A stretch of 64,000 nucleotides of DNA, from the NCBI RefSeq assembly GCF_044324875.1, contig NZ_CP172185.1, one strand, 5' to 3'. Of the stretch, positions 45,886-56,130 are shown piece after piece (within the stretch, counting starts at the first letter, position 1; each line of letters begins with the position of its first letter). The stretch comes from Escherichia coli. GTDB taxonomy: Bacteria > Pseudomonadota > Gammaproteobacteria > Enterobacterales > Enterobacteriaceae. The notes under the pieces are model-generated. The model did not search any database. It was not told the DNA's origin and saw only the letters and a program-made list of their open reading frames with translations. The position numbers were made by a program, and so were the translations under genes.

Positions 45886-46425
45886 ATGTCTTCCAGAGTT
45901 TTGACCCCGGACGTCGTTGGTATTGACGCCCTGGTACACGATCACCAAACCGTTCTGGCAAAAGCTGAAGGCGGTGTGGTTGCCGTATTTGCTAACAATG
46001 CCCCGGCGTTTTATGCCGTCACGCCTGCACGCCTGGCTGAACTGCTGGCGCTGGAAGAAAAGCTGGCGCGTCCGGGAAGCGATGTCGCTCTGGACGATCA
46101 ACTCTATCAGGAACCGCAAGCCGCTCCCGTTGCTGTACCCATGGGGAAATTCGCCATGTATCCGGACTGGCAACCCGATGCCGACTTTATCCGCCTGGCG
46201 GCGCTATGGGGCGTGGCACTAAGAGAGCCGGTGACCACCGAAGAACTGGCCTCATTCATTGCCTACTGGCAGGCGGAAGGTAAAGTCTTTCACCATGTGC
46301 AGTGGCAACAAAAACTGGCGCGCAGCCTGCAAATCGGTCGTGCCAGCAACGGCGGACTGCCGAAACGAGATGTGAATACGGTCAGTGAACCTGACAGCCA
46401 AATTCCACCAGGATTCAGAGGGTAA
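45886..46425 (+). CDS. dnaT: Primosomal protein DnaT
   Basis: ORF 45874..46425; 179 aa from [45 protein letters not shown]... Confidence 0.95.
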
Positions 46426-46427
46426 CG

Positions 46428-47165
46428 ATGAAAAACGTTGGCGACCTGATGCAACGCCTGCAAAAAATGATGCCTGCCCATATCAAACCTGCTTTCAAAA
46501 CGGGTGAAGAACTACTGGCCTGGCAGAAAGAACAAGGGGCGATCCGCTCCGCCGCTCTCGAACGTGAAAATCGGGCGATGAAAATGCAGCGCACCTTTAA
46601 CCGCTCCGGTATTCGTCCACTGCATCAGAACTGCTCCTTTGAGAACTATCGCGTTGAGTGTGAAGGGCAGATGAATGCGTTAAGCAAAGCGCGCCAGTAT
46701 GTCGAAGAGTTTGACGGCAACATCGCCAGCTTCATCTTTTCTGGTAAGCCAGGAACCGGCAAAAACCATCTGGCGGCGGCAATCTGCAACGAGCTGCTGC
46801 TACGCGGTAAATCCGTATTGATCATCACCGTGGCCGATATTATGTCGGCGATGAAAGATACCTTCAGGAATAGCGGTACCAGCGAAGAACAACTACTTAA
46901 CGATCTGAGCAACGTTGATCTGCTGGTGATCGATGAGATCGGCGTGCAGACCGAATCGAAATACGAAAAAGTGATCATCAACCAGATCGTCGATCGCCGC
47001 TCTTCTTCCAAACGCCCAACCGGGATGCTGACCAACAGTAATATGGAAGAGATGACCAAGTTGCTGGGCGAACGCGTGATGGACCGTATGCGCCTGGGTA
47101 ACAGTTTGTGGGTGATCTTCAACTGGGATAGCTACCGTAGCCGGGTAACGGGTAAAGAGTATTAA
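46428..47165 (+). CDS. dnaC: Helicase loader DnaC
   Basis: 245 aa; Walker A GKPGTGKNHLAAAI; immediately downstream of dnaT. Confidence 0.96.
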   Translation: MKNVGDLMQRLQKMMPAHIKPAFKTGEELLAWQKEQGAIRSAALERENRAMKMQRTFNRSGIRPLHQNCSFENYRVECEGQMNALSKARQYVEEFDGNIASFIFSGKPGTGKNHLAAAICNELLLRGKSVLIITVADIMSAMKDTFRNSGTSEEQLLNDLSNVDLLVIDEIGVQTESKYEKVIINQIVDRRSSSKRPTGMLTNSNMEEMTKLLGERVMDRMRLGNSLWVIFNWDSYRSRVTGKEY

Positions 47166-47210
47166 TCCCCGTTTCTGGCGGTATACTGCGACACAATTCC
47201 ACCTTGAGTA

Positions 47211-47708
47211 ATGATGATGAAAACTGTTAAACATCTTCTGTGCTGTGCCATTGCCGCCAGCGCATTAATTTCCACCGGGGTGCATGCTGCGTCCTGGAAA
47301 GATGCACTCTCCAGCGCCGCCAGCGAACTTGGCAACCAAAACAGCACGACACAGGAAGGCGGTTGGTCGCTCGCGTCATTAACTAACTTGCTTAGCAGCG
47401 GAAACCAGGCCTTAAGCGCAGATAACATGAACAATGCCGCAGGCATTCTGCAATACTGCGCGAAGCAAAAGCTGGCTTCGGTAACCGATGCCGAAAACAT
47501 CAAGAATCAGGTACTGGAAAAACTGGGCCTGAACAGTGAAGAGCAAAAAGAAGACACCAATTATCTGGATGGCATTCAGGGTTTGCTGAAAACTAAAGAT
47601 GGTCAGCAACTCAATCTGGATAATATCGGAACGACTCCGCTGGCAGAAAAGGTGAAAACCAAAGCCTGCGATCTGGTGTTAAAGCAGGGGCTGAACTTCA
47701 TTTCCTGA
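47211..47708 (+). CDS. yjjA: DUF2501 secreted protein YjjA
   Basis: 165 aa; signal peptide MMMKTVKHLLCCAIAASALISTGVHA. Confidence 0.85.
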   Translation: MMMKTVKHLLCCAIAASALISTGVHAASWKDALSSAASELGNQNSTTQEGGWSLASLTNLLSSGNQALSADNMNNAAGILQYCAKQKLASVTDAENIKNQVLEKLGLNSEEQKEDTNYLDGIQGLLKTKDGQQLNLDNIGTTPLAEKVKTKACDLVLKQGLNFIS

Positions 47709-47961
47709 ACCGCGAAACGCCGCGTTTTAGCTGTTATCCGGCTGACGCGGCTCTCTCCTGCCCTTTTCCCTGCTCCTGGACGGTTTTCCCCCTGTTACAC
47801 GGGAAGCGACCGTAATCAAAAAAGTCTGTTTATAAACTAATTCCTAACAACATCGCATTTTTTTGACACTAGAATTGCAGCAATATGGCGACGCCATTAC
47901 ATTGTGCTTCTCAAAAAGCTTAAACGTTGGCTAAACGGCCCGGTTTAGTGAGGATCGCCCG

Positions 47962-50253
47962 TTGTCAGAACTACTCTCTTTCGCCCTTTTTCTCGCCTCT
48001 GTGCTGATTTACGCATGGAAAGCGGGACGTAACACCTGGTGGTTTGCAGCCACATTAACGGTACTGGGGCTATTTGTCGTTTTAAATATCACCCTGTTTG
48101 CCAGCGACTATTTTACTGGCGATGGTATTAACGACGCGGTTCTCTATACCTTAACCAACAGCCTGACCGGTGCTGGTGTCAGTAAATACATCCTGCCTGG
48201 TATCGGCATTGTGCTGGGGCTGACGGCGGTGTTCGGTGCGCTGGGCTGGATCCTGCGCCGTCGTCGCCATCATCCGCACCATTTTGGTTACAGCCTGCTG
48301 GCACTCTTACTGGCGCTGGGCTCAGTGGATGCCAGCCCGGCATTTCGTCAGATAACGGAACTGGTGAAATCCCAGTCACGCGACGGCGACCCGGACTTTG
48401 CGGCTTATTATAAAGAGCCGTCGAAAACTATCCCTGACCCGAAACTCAACCTGGTTTATATCTACGGCGAAAGTCTCGAGCGGACCTATTTTGATAACGA
48501 GGCTTTCCCGGATCTCACGCCTGAACTGGGCGCGTTGAAAAATGAAGGCCTGGATTTCAGCCACACGCAGCAGCTGCCGGGAACAGATTACACGATTGCT
48601 GGCATGGTGGCTTCTCAGTGCGGCATACCGCTGTTTGCCCCCTTTGAAGGTAACGCCTCCGCCTCTGTCTCCAGCTTCTTCCCGCAGAACATCTGTCTGG
48701 GCGATATCCTGAAAAACTCGGGTTATCAGAACTATTTCGTGCAGGGCGCGAATCTGCGTTTTGCCGGTAAAGATGTGTTCCTGAAGTCGCATGGCTTCGA
48801 CCACTTATACGGCTCAGAAGAGCTGAAAAGCGTGGTGGCCGACCCGCACTATCGCAACGACTGGGGATTCTACGACGATACCGTTCTCGATGAAGCGTGG
48901 AAAAAGTTTGAAGAGCTTTCCCGCTCAGGTCAGCGATTCTCACTGTTTACCCTGACAGTCGATACCCATCACCCGGATGGTTTTATCTCGCGTACCTGTA
49001 ACCGCAAAAAATATGATTTTGACGGTAAGCCGAATCAGTCATTCAGCGCGGTAAGTTGCAGCCAGGAGAATATCTCGACGTTTATCAACAAAATCAAAGC
49101 GTCACCGTGGTTTAAAGATACTGTTATCGTCGTCTCTTCTGACCATTTAGCGATGAACAATACGGCGTGGAAATACCTTAATAAGCAGGATCGCAATAAC
49201 CTGTTTTTTGTCATCCGTGGCGACAAGCCGCAGCAAGAGACGCTGGCAGTGAAGCGTAATACGATGGATAACGGCGCGACGGTGCTGGACATTCTCGGTG
49301 GCGATAACTATCTCGGACTTGGCCGTAGCAGTTTATCCGGGCAGTCGATGTCGGAAATCTTCCTCAATATCAAAGAGAAAACATTGGCGTGGAAGCCGGA
49401 TATCATCCGCCTGTGGAAATTCCCTAAAGAGATGAAAGAGTTCACCATCGACCAGCAGAAAAACATGATTGCCTTCTCAGGTAGCCATTTCCGTTTGCCG
49501 CTGCTGTTGCGGGTTTCAGACAAACGCGTGGAACCGCTGCCGGAAAGCGAATACTCAGCACCGCTGCGTTTCCAGCTGGCCGATTTCGCTCCACGCGACA
49601 ATTTCGTCTGGGTTGACCGTTGCTACAAGATGGCACAACTTTGGGCTCCGGAACTGGCACTCTCCACCGACTGGTGTGTCTCGCAAGGGCAGCTTGGCGG
49701 TCAGCAAATTGTTCAGCATGTTGACAAAACAATGTGGAAGGGCAAAACGGCATTTAAAGATACGGTCATCGACATGGCGCGTTACAAAGGCAATGTCGAT
49801 ACGCTGAAGATTGTTGATAACGATATTCGCTACAAAGCCGACAGTTTCATCTTTAACGTCGCCGGTGCGCCAGAAGAGGTGAAACAGTTTAGCGGGATTT
49901 CCCGTCCGGAGTCGTGGGGCCGCTGGTCCAACGCGCAACTGGGCGACGAAGTAAAAATCGAGTACAAGCATCCGCTGCCGAAGAAATTTGACCTGGTGAT
50001 TACCGCCAAAGCATACGGCAATAACGCCAGCCGTCCTATTCCGGTACGCGTAGGCAATGAAGAACAAACTCTTGTGCTGGGCAATGAAGTGACCACCACC
50101 ACGCTGCATTTCGATAACCCAACCGATGCCGACACGCTGGTAATTGTGCCGCCGGAACCTGTCTCAACCAACGAAGGGAATATCCTCGGACACTCGCCGC
50201 GTAAGCTCGGGATCGGCATGGTGGAAATTAAAGTGGTAGAACGTGAAGGGTAA
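47962..50253 (+). CDS. opgB: Phosphoglycerol transferase I (osmoregulated periplasmic glucan biosynthesis)
   Basis: 763 aa; N-terminal transmembrane helices plus sulfatase-like domain; TTG start. Confidence 0.93.
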   Translation: MSELLSFALFLASVLIYAWKAGRNTWWFAATLTVLGLFVVLNITLFASDYFTGDGINDAVLYTLTNSLTGAGVSKYILPGIGIVLGLTAVFGALGWILRRRRHHPHHFGYSLLALLLALGSVDASPAFRQITELVKSQSRDGDPDFAAYYKEPSKTIPDPKLNLVYIYGESLERTYFDNEAFPDLTPELGALKNEGLDFSHTQQLPGTDYTIAGMVASQCGIPLFAPFEGNASASVSSFFPQNICLGDILKNSGYQNYFVQGANLRFAGKDVFLKSHGFDHLYGSEELKSVVADPHYRNDWGFYDDTVLDEAWKKFEELSRSGQRFSLFTLTVDTHHPDGFISRTCNRKKYDFDGKPNQSFSAVSCSQENISTFINKIKASPWFKDTVIVVSSDHLAMNNTAWKYLNKQDRNNLFFVIRGDKPQQETLAVKRNTMDNGATVLDILGGDNYLGLGRSSLSGQSMSEIFLNIKEKTLAWKPDIIRLWKFPKEMKEFTIDQQKNMIAFSGSHFRLPLLLRVSDKRVEPLPESEYSAPLRFQLADFAPRDNFVWVDRCYKMAQLWAPELALSTDWCVSQGQLGGQQIVQHVDKTMWKGKTAFKDTVIDMARYKGNVDTLKIVDNDIRYKADSFIFNVAGAPEEVKQFSGISRPESWGRWSNAQLGDEVKIEYKHPLPKKFDLVITAKAYGNNASRPIPVRVGNEEQTLVLGNEVTTTTLHFDNPTDADTLVIVPPEPVSTNEGNILGHSPRKLGIGMVEIKVVEREG

Positions 50254-50261
50254 TTCCTGAC

Positions 50262-50296
50262 TGATGTGTAGGTCGCATAAGGTGCGACCTACACGC
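50262..50296. repeat. Palindromic REP-like element / terminator downstream of opgB
   Basis: tgtaggtcgcataaggtgcgacctaca perfect hairpin. Confidence 0.6.
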
Positions 50297-50389
50297 CTTC
50301 TCCGGCTTACAACACATTATTAAGAAACAAAAAAACAGCGCCCAACACTTCCCCGGACGCTGCATGGCAACTTGAATAATCTCGCCTTA

Positions 50390-51412
50390 TCAGAAAGTAA
50401 TTACCCCCTTAATCAACTCACGATTGTTAATCACATCGCGCTCGTAGGTTTCTGCCAGCGTGGCGAACGGGTATCGATGGGTTAACATCATGTCGGCAGT
50501 GATTTTCCCTTCCGCCATCAGTCGACCGACTTTAGCGAAATCTTCCGGCGTGGCGTTGCGGCTACCCATCATCGTCGTTTCTTTTTTATGGAATTCTGGA
50601 TCGGAGAACTGCAACTCACCTTTAAACAGACCGACAAATACCACCGTGCCGCCGTGACGAATCAGATTCACGGTGTTATTCATCGCATGTTGATTACCTG
50701 TCGCGTCGATCACTTTCTGCGCCAGAGAACCACCAAACTGCGCCCGCAGCTGCGCGTCAAAATCTTCGGCTGACGGGTCCAGTACAGGTAATTCCAGACG
50801 TGTTGCCACATGTTCACGGCGCGCCGGACTGGTATCCGCCACCACCACCTGTGCGCCATCGGCTTTAGCGATTGCCGCCGCGCCCAGACCGATTGGCCCC
50901 GCCCCGACCACCAGCACCTGCTCGCCGGGAGCAATGGCTGCGCGACGCACCGCATGAGCGCTAATAGCGAAAGGTTCAATCAATGCTGCCGCCTGCGGGT
51001 CAATACCATCTGCGGGCAAAATGTTCGCCACCGGCACGCTCAAATACTCACTAAAACCGCCATCCTGATGCACGCCAATGACTGAAATTTTTTCACAGCA
51101 ATTGGTACGCCCGCTTTTACACGCCGGGCATTGCTGACAGGCAACATAAGGGATCACAGCAACTTGCTGACCATTTTTAAGATCAGCAATATTTTTACCC
51201 AGCCCAACAATCTCCCCACATATTTCATGGCCTAAAACCCGTGGATAACTAAAAAATGGTTGATTTCCACCCCAGGCATGAATATCGGTACCGCAAATCC
51301 CGACAGACTTAATTTTTATTAATGCTTCATTGTCACCCGGAATAGGTATCTCACGTTGTTTCCAGACTAATTCTTTCGGCTGCTGGCAAATTAAAACATT
51401 CATCGTAGACAT
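50390..51412 (-). CDS. lgoD: Zn-dependent L-galactonate 5-dehydrogenase
   Basis: ORF 50390..51427; 340 aa from MSTMNVLICQQPKELVWKQREIPIPGDNEALIKIKSVGICGTDIHAW... Confidence 0.9.
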   Translation of the reverse strand: MSTMNVLICQQPKELVWKQREIPIPGDNEALIKIKSVGICGTDIHAWGGNQPFFSYPRVLGHEICGEIVGLGKNIADLKNGQQVAVIPYVACQQCPACKSGRTNCCEKISVIGVHQDGGFSEYLSVPVANILPADGIDPQAAALIEPFAISAHAVRRAAIAPGEQVLVVGAGPIGLGAAAIAKADGAQVVVADTSPARREHVATRLELPVLDPSAEDFDAQLRAQFGGSLAQKVIDATGNQHAMNNTVNLIRHGGTVVFVGLFKGELQFSDPEFHKKETTMMGSRNATPEDFAKVGRLMAEGKITADMMLTHRYPFATLAETYERDVINNRELIKGVITF

Positions 51413-51550
51413 GATTCGGCTCTCCATTTTTTGTTGCCTTAGATATCAATGAAAATGAAAAATGGCAGCGGAACGGAAAATCTGTTTTGTGAAAACACAC
51501 GCATAAAAATGTTTTAAATCGGGTTTTAATGGACTCACAAGGAGGAAAAT

Positions 51551-52465
51551 ATGAGTCGTTCACAAAATTTACGCCACAATGTGATTAACCAGGTCATTGA
51601 TGATATGGCGCGGGGTCATATCCCTTCCCCACTTCCATCGCAAAGTGCGCTGGCGGAAATGTACAACATCAGCCGCACTACAGTGCGTCATATTCTCAGC
51701 CACTTACGCGAATGCGGCGTCTTAACGCAGGTTGGAAACGACTATGTTATTGCGCGTAAACCTGACCATGATGACGGTTTCGCCTGTACTACCGCTTCAA
51801 TGAGTGAACAAAACAAAGTGTTTGAGCAGGCTTTTTTCACGATGATAAACCAGCGTCAGTTACGCCCTGGGGAAACTTTTTCCGAACTGCAACTGGCGCG
51901 GGCCGCGGGTGTCAGCCCGGTGGTTGTAAGAGAATATCTTTTAAAATTCGGCCGTTATAATCTTATTCAAAGCGAAAAGCGCGGCCAGTGGAGCATGAAG
52001 CAATTCGATCAATCCTACGCCGAGCAGCTGTTTGAGCTACGCGAAATGCTCGAAACACATTCACTTCAGCACTTTCTCAACCTGCCTGATCACGATCCCC
52101 GCTGGCTGCAGGCGAAAACCATGCTCGAACGTCATCGGCTACTGCGTGACAACATCGGCAATAGCTTTCGCATGTTCTCGCAACTTGACAGAGATTTTCA
52201 CTCCTTACTGCTTTCAGCTGCCGACAATATCTTTTTTGATCAATCGCTTGAGATCATCTCAGTCATCTTTCATTTTCACTATCAATGGGACGAAAGCGAT
52301 CTTAAACAGCGCAATATCATTGCCGTCGATGAGCATATGACCATTCTCAGTGCTCTGATTTGCCGCAGTGACCTGGATGCCACCCTTGCGCTCCGTAACC
52401 ATTTGAATTCAGCTAAACAATCAATGATTCGATCCATTAATGAGAACACGCGTTATGCTCATTAA
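51551..52465 (+). CDS. lgoR: GntR/FCD-family regulator LgoR
   Basis: 304 aa; N-terminal GntR HTH. Confidence 0.88.
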   Translation: MSRSQNLRHNVINQVIDDMARGHIPSPLPSQSALAEMYNISRTTVRHILSHLRECGVLTQVGNDYVIARKPDHDDGFACTTASMSEQNKVFEQAFFTMINQRQLRPGETFSELQLARAAGVSPVVVREYLLKFGRYNLIQSEKRGQWSMKQFDQSYAEQLFELREMLETHSLQHFLNLPDHDPRWLQAKTMLERHRLLRDNIGNSFRMFSQLDRDFHSLLLSAADNIFFDQSLEIISVIFHFHYQWDESDLKQRNIIAVDEHMTILSALICRSDLDATLALRNHLNSAKQSMIRSINENTRYAH

Positions 52466-52679
52466 GTACGGATTAAAAACAGCAAACTATTAGCGGGTGC
52501 ACGGTTTTATCAAAAGATAAATACCGGGAAATTCCCGCTTACCTATGCTCACAATCAGTCGACTAAAAATGTTTTTGTGAGCGGTAGTAAAGTCCTAAAA
52601 CTTTAACCTGCCGTTAATGTCAACCTTGCGTAATGCACAATTACGTAAACAATTAAAATTATAAATACAGGAGTCCGGC

Positions 52680-54041
52680 GTGGAAAAAGAAAATATCACC
52701 CTCGATCCGCGTTCTTCATTTACTCCATCTTCGTCGGCAGATATTCCCGTGCCACCAGATGGATTAGTTCAACGCAGTACCCGAATTAAACGCATTCAAA
52801 CCACCGCCATGTTGTTATTATTTTTTGCGGCGGTAATCAATTATCTCGACCGCAGTTCGCTGTCGGTAGCAAATTTAACGATTCGTGAAGAATTGGGATT
52901 AAGTGCCACCGAAATCGGCGCTTTGCTCTCCGTGTTTTCACTCGCTTACGGGATTGCGCAACTTCCTTGCGGCCCACTATTGGATCGTAAAGGCCCACGC
53001 CTGATGCTGGGACTGGGGATGTTCTTCTGGTCACTGTTCCAGGCCATGTCTGGCATGGTGCACAGCTTTACGCAGTTCGTGTTGGTGCGTATTGGTATGG
53101 GGATTGGTGAAGCGCCGATGAACCCATGCGGTGTAAAAGTCATTAACGACTGGTTCAACATCAAAGAGCGCGGACGCCCGATGGGCTTCTTCAACGCAGC
53201 TTCTACCATTGGCGTTGCCGTAAGCCCACCGATTCTGGCGGCGATGATGCTGGTGATGGGCTGGCGCGGGATGTTTATTACCATTGGTGTACTGGGGATT
53301 TTTCTCGCCATCGGCTGGTATATGCTCTATCGCAACCGCGAGCACGTAGAACTGACTGCCGTTGAACAAGCTTATCTCAATGCAGGTAGCGTCAATGCCC
53401 GCCGAGATCCGCTCAGTTTTGCCGAATGGCGCAGCCTGTTCCGTAACCGCACAATGTGGGGAATGATGCTCGGATTCAGTGGCATCAACTACACTGCGTG
53501 GCTGTATCTGGCCTGGCTTCCTGGTTACCTGCAAACAGCCTATAACCTGGATTTAAAAAGCACAGGATTGATGGCGGCTATCCCTTTCCTGTTTGGGGCT
53601 GCCGGGATGCTGGTCAACGGTTACGTTACCGACTGGCTGGTCAAAGGGGGAATGGCTCCGATTAAAAGCCGTAAGATCTGCATTATTGCCGGGATGTTCT
53701 GTTCTGCCGCCTTTACGCTGGTCGTACCGCAAGCGACAACATCCATGACGGCGGTTCTGCTGATTGGCATGGCACTGTTCTGTATTCACTTTGCCGGAAC
53801 ATCCTGCTGGGGCTTGATCCACGTCGCAGTTGCTTCTCGCATGACTGCGTCGGTGGGCAGTATCCAGAACTTTGCCAGCTTCATCTGCGCCTCTTTCGCG
53901 CCGATCATTACTGGTTTTATTGTTGATACCACCCACTCATTCCGTCTGGCACTAATCATCTGCGGTTGCGTCACCGCGGCGGGTGCACTGGCGTACATCT
54001 TCCTGGTTCGTCAGCCGATCAACGACCCGCGTAAAGATTAA
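52680..54041 (+). CDS. lgoT: MFS L-galactonate transporter
   Basis: 453 aa; 12 predicted transmembrane helices; GTG start. Confidence 0.88.
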   Translation: MEKENITLDPRSSFTPSSSADIPVPPDGLVQRSTRIKRIQTTAMLLLFFAAVINYLDRSSLSVANLTIREELGLSATEIGALLSVFSLAYGIAQLPCGPLLDRKGPRLMLGLGMFFWSLFQAMSGMVHSFTQFVLVRIGMGIGEAPMNPCGVKVINDWFNIKERGRPMGFFNAASTIGVAVSPPILAAMMLVMGWRGMFITIGVLGIFLAIGWYMLYRNREHVELTAVEQAYLNAGSVNARRDPLSFAEWRSLFRNRTMWGMMLGFSGINYTAWLYLAWLPGYLQTAYNLDLKSTGLMAAIPFLFGAAGMLVNGYVTDWLVKGGMAPIKSRKICIIAGMFCSAAFTLVVPQATTSMTAVLLIGMALFCIHFAGTSCWGLIHVAVASRMTASVGSIQNFASFICASFAPIITGFIVDTTHSFRLALIICGCVTAAGALAYIFLVRQPINDPRKD

Positions 54042-54089
54042 TCTCCCTATGCCCGATAACATTTTGCTTATCGGGCATTTTTATGGCGA

Positions 54090-55754
54090 TTAAAACGTTT
54101 CCCAGTTCTCCCCGCTATCTGCCACGGCTATTTTACGCGGCGCAGCTGGCGTCACGGTTTTTACCACAGCCGATGTTTCACGCTGATGTTGCTGCTGTTG
54201 CTGAATCCGGAACACTGCCACAGCTTCGGTCAGGCGACTGGCCTGCTCTTCCAGCGCGGCGGCGGCAGCGGCAGATTCTTCCACCAGCGCAGCGTTCTGT
54301 TGAGTTACCCGGTCCATCTCAGCGACCGCTAAGCCAACCTGATCGATACCACGGCTCTGCTCATCAGAAGCAGAAGCTATTTCGCCCATAATGTCCGTCA
54401 CACGGGTCACGGCGCTGACAATCTCCGCCATTGTTTCCCCGGCGCTTTCGACCAGCGTAGAGCCAACATCCACTTTCCCCACCGAGTCTTCAATCAGGCT
54501 TTTAATTTCACGAGCCGCCTGGGCGCTACGCTGGGCCAGATTACGCACTTCTCCCGCAACCACCGCAAAACCGCGCCCTTGCTCACCCGCACGCGCAGCC
54601 TCAACCGCGGCGTTCAAAGCCAGAATATTGGTCTGGAAGGCAATGCCGTCAATTACGCTGATAATATCGGCGATTTTCTGCGAACTGGTGGAGATATCGC
54701 GCATGGTCTGCACCACGTTATCCACCACTTTGCCGCCGCGTTGCGCCGTTTCAGAAGCACTTAATGCCAGATGGCTGGCCTGGCGCGCATTCTCGGCGTT
54801 CTGTTTCACCGTTGCGGTCAGTTGCTCCATGCTGGCTGCCGTCTCTTCCAGCGAAGCGGCCTGTTGCTCGGTGCGCGAAGAGAGATCGTTATTGCCGGTG
54901 GCGATTTCGCTGGCACCGCTATAAATGGCATTGGCCCCGTTGCGCACATCACCGACGGTACGCATCAGCTCTCCCTGCATATGGCGCAAACTCTCTGCCA
55001 GTTGCCCCATCTCATTAGAGCCATCCACCTCAATCGGTTTGACCAGATCGCCGCCTGCAATATGACGAATGCTGTCAATCAGGCGATTCATTGGCGCTAC
55101 CAACGAGGCTTTAATACCGAACCAGACGGCGAAGATGACTGCCAGTACGACGATCATCACGCCCACCAGAATCCACATCGCCTGGCTGTAGGAGGCATTA
55201 TTATCGCTGACGGCGATATCATAGAGCCGATCGTTTTGCTCCATGTAAGCCACATACTGCTTCTCGAAACCGTCCTGATATCCCTGGGTTGGCTGATCAA
55301 AGAACTCGTTGATTTTGCCTGCACCTAACAGTTGGATCAGCTCCGCCAGCGCATTGTGATAAATATCGTAATTACGTTTGATCTCTGCCGCTGCGGCGGT
55401 GCTCTGACGCGGGTCACGCGGCAACGCTTCGTAATCCGCCCAGTTTTTTTCCGCCTGTTTCAGCGAAATACTGGCACTCTGCATTAGCTCAGCAACGGTT
55501 GAACCGCTACCAATATTATTCTGATCCATCATGTAGCGGATACCCGCGCGGTTGAGGGTGTTACGCGTCTGCAACAACGCAACCCAGCTGCCATTCAGCG
55601 TGGATTGCTGCTGGCGAATGGTTTGTAAAACAGTGAAATTTTCTTTGTCATTCTTTAAGGCATTAAAGAACAGACCGCCTGATGTCAGTTGTAAAAGGCC
55701 AAAAACGGCCAAAACCAGCAGTAAGCTGGTCACAATTTTGATACGTTTTAACAT
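54090..55754 (-). CDS. tsr: Methyl-accepting chemotaxis protein I (serine receptor)
   Basis: 554 aa; HAMP, methylation helices ([17 protein letters not shown]), C-terminal NWETF pentapeptide. Confidence 0.95.
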   Translation of the reverse strand: MLKRIKIVTSLLLVLAVFGLLQLTSGGLFFNALKNDKENFTVLQTIRQQQSTLNGSWVALLQTRNTLNRAGIRYMMDQNNIGSGSTVAELMQSASISLKQAEKNWADYEALPRDPRQSTAAAAEIKRNYDIYHNALAELIQLLGAGKINEFFDQPTQGYQDGFEKQYVAYMEQNDRLYDIAVSDNNASYSQAMWILVGVMIVVLAVIFAVWFGIKASLVAPMNRLIDSIRHIAGGDLVKPIEVDGSNEMGQLAESLRHMQGELMRTVGDVRNGANAIYSGASEIATGNNDLSSRTEQQAASLEETAASMEQLTATVKQNAENARQASHLALSASETAQRGGKVVDNVVQTMRDISTSSQKIADIISVIDGIAFQTNILALNAAVEAARAGEQGRGFAVVAGEVRNLAQRSAQAAREIKSLIEDSVGKVDVGSTLVESAGETMAEIVSAVTRVTDIMGEIASASDEQSRGIDQVGLAVAEMDRVTQQNAALVEESAAAAAALEEQASRLTEAVAVFRIQQQQQHQRETSAVVKTVTPAAPRKIAVADSGENWETF

Positions 55755-55902
55755 GGTTTCTCTTTCCTGTGGACCGATGCAAGATTTTCGGCCTGGAAAG
55801 GAAAAACTTTATGAATATCCCGCGGAGATTACGCCGAGTAATTTTATTCACACTCTGAATTTAAAAAACCATTATTTACATAAATTATTCACAATATAAA
55901 TA

Positions 55903-55918
55903 TGTGATATGAATCACA
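55903..55918. promoter_or_regulatory. Consensus CRP site in tsr-btsT divergent intergenic region
   Basis: TGTGA-tatgaa-TCACA inside 26-bp perfect palindrome aaatatgtgatatgaatcacatattt. Confidence 0.7.
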
Positions 55919-56130
55919 TATTTATCGTCACTTAAACGACGCCTTTGCCGCTCAACCGCAAAACTGACCGCTTACATCCCTAAAATAACCACTCAGTTAT
56001 TTACCTTACTTTACGCGCGCGTAACTCTGGCAACATCACTGCAGGATAGCGGTCAATTTACCTCCTCAAACGCAACGCAAACCTAGAACGGCTTCGGCCA
56101 ACTATTAATCAATACATGCCAGGTTTTACT

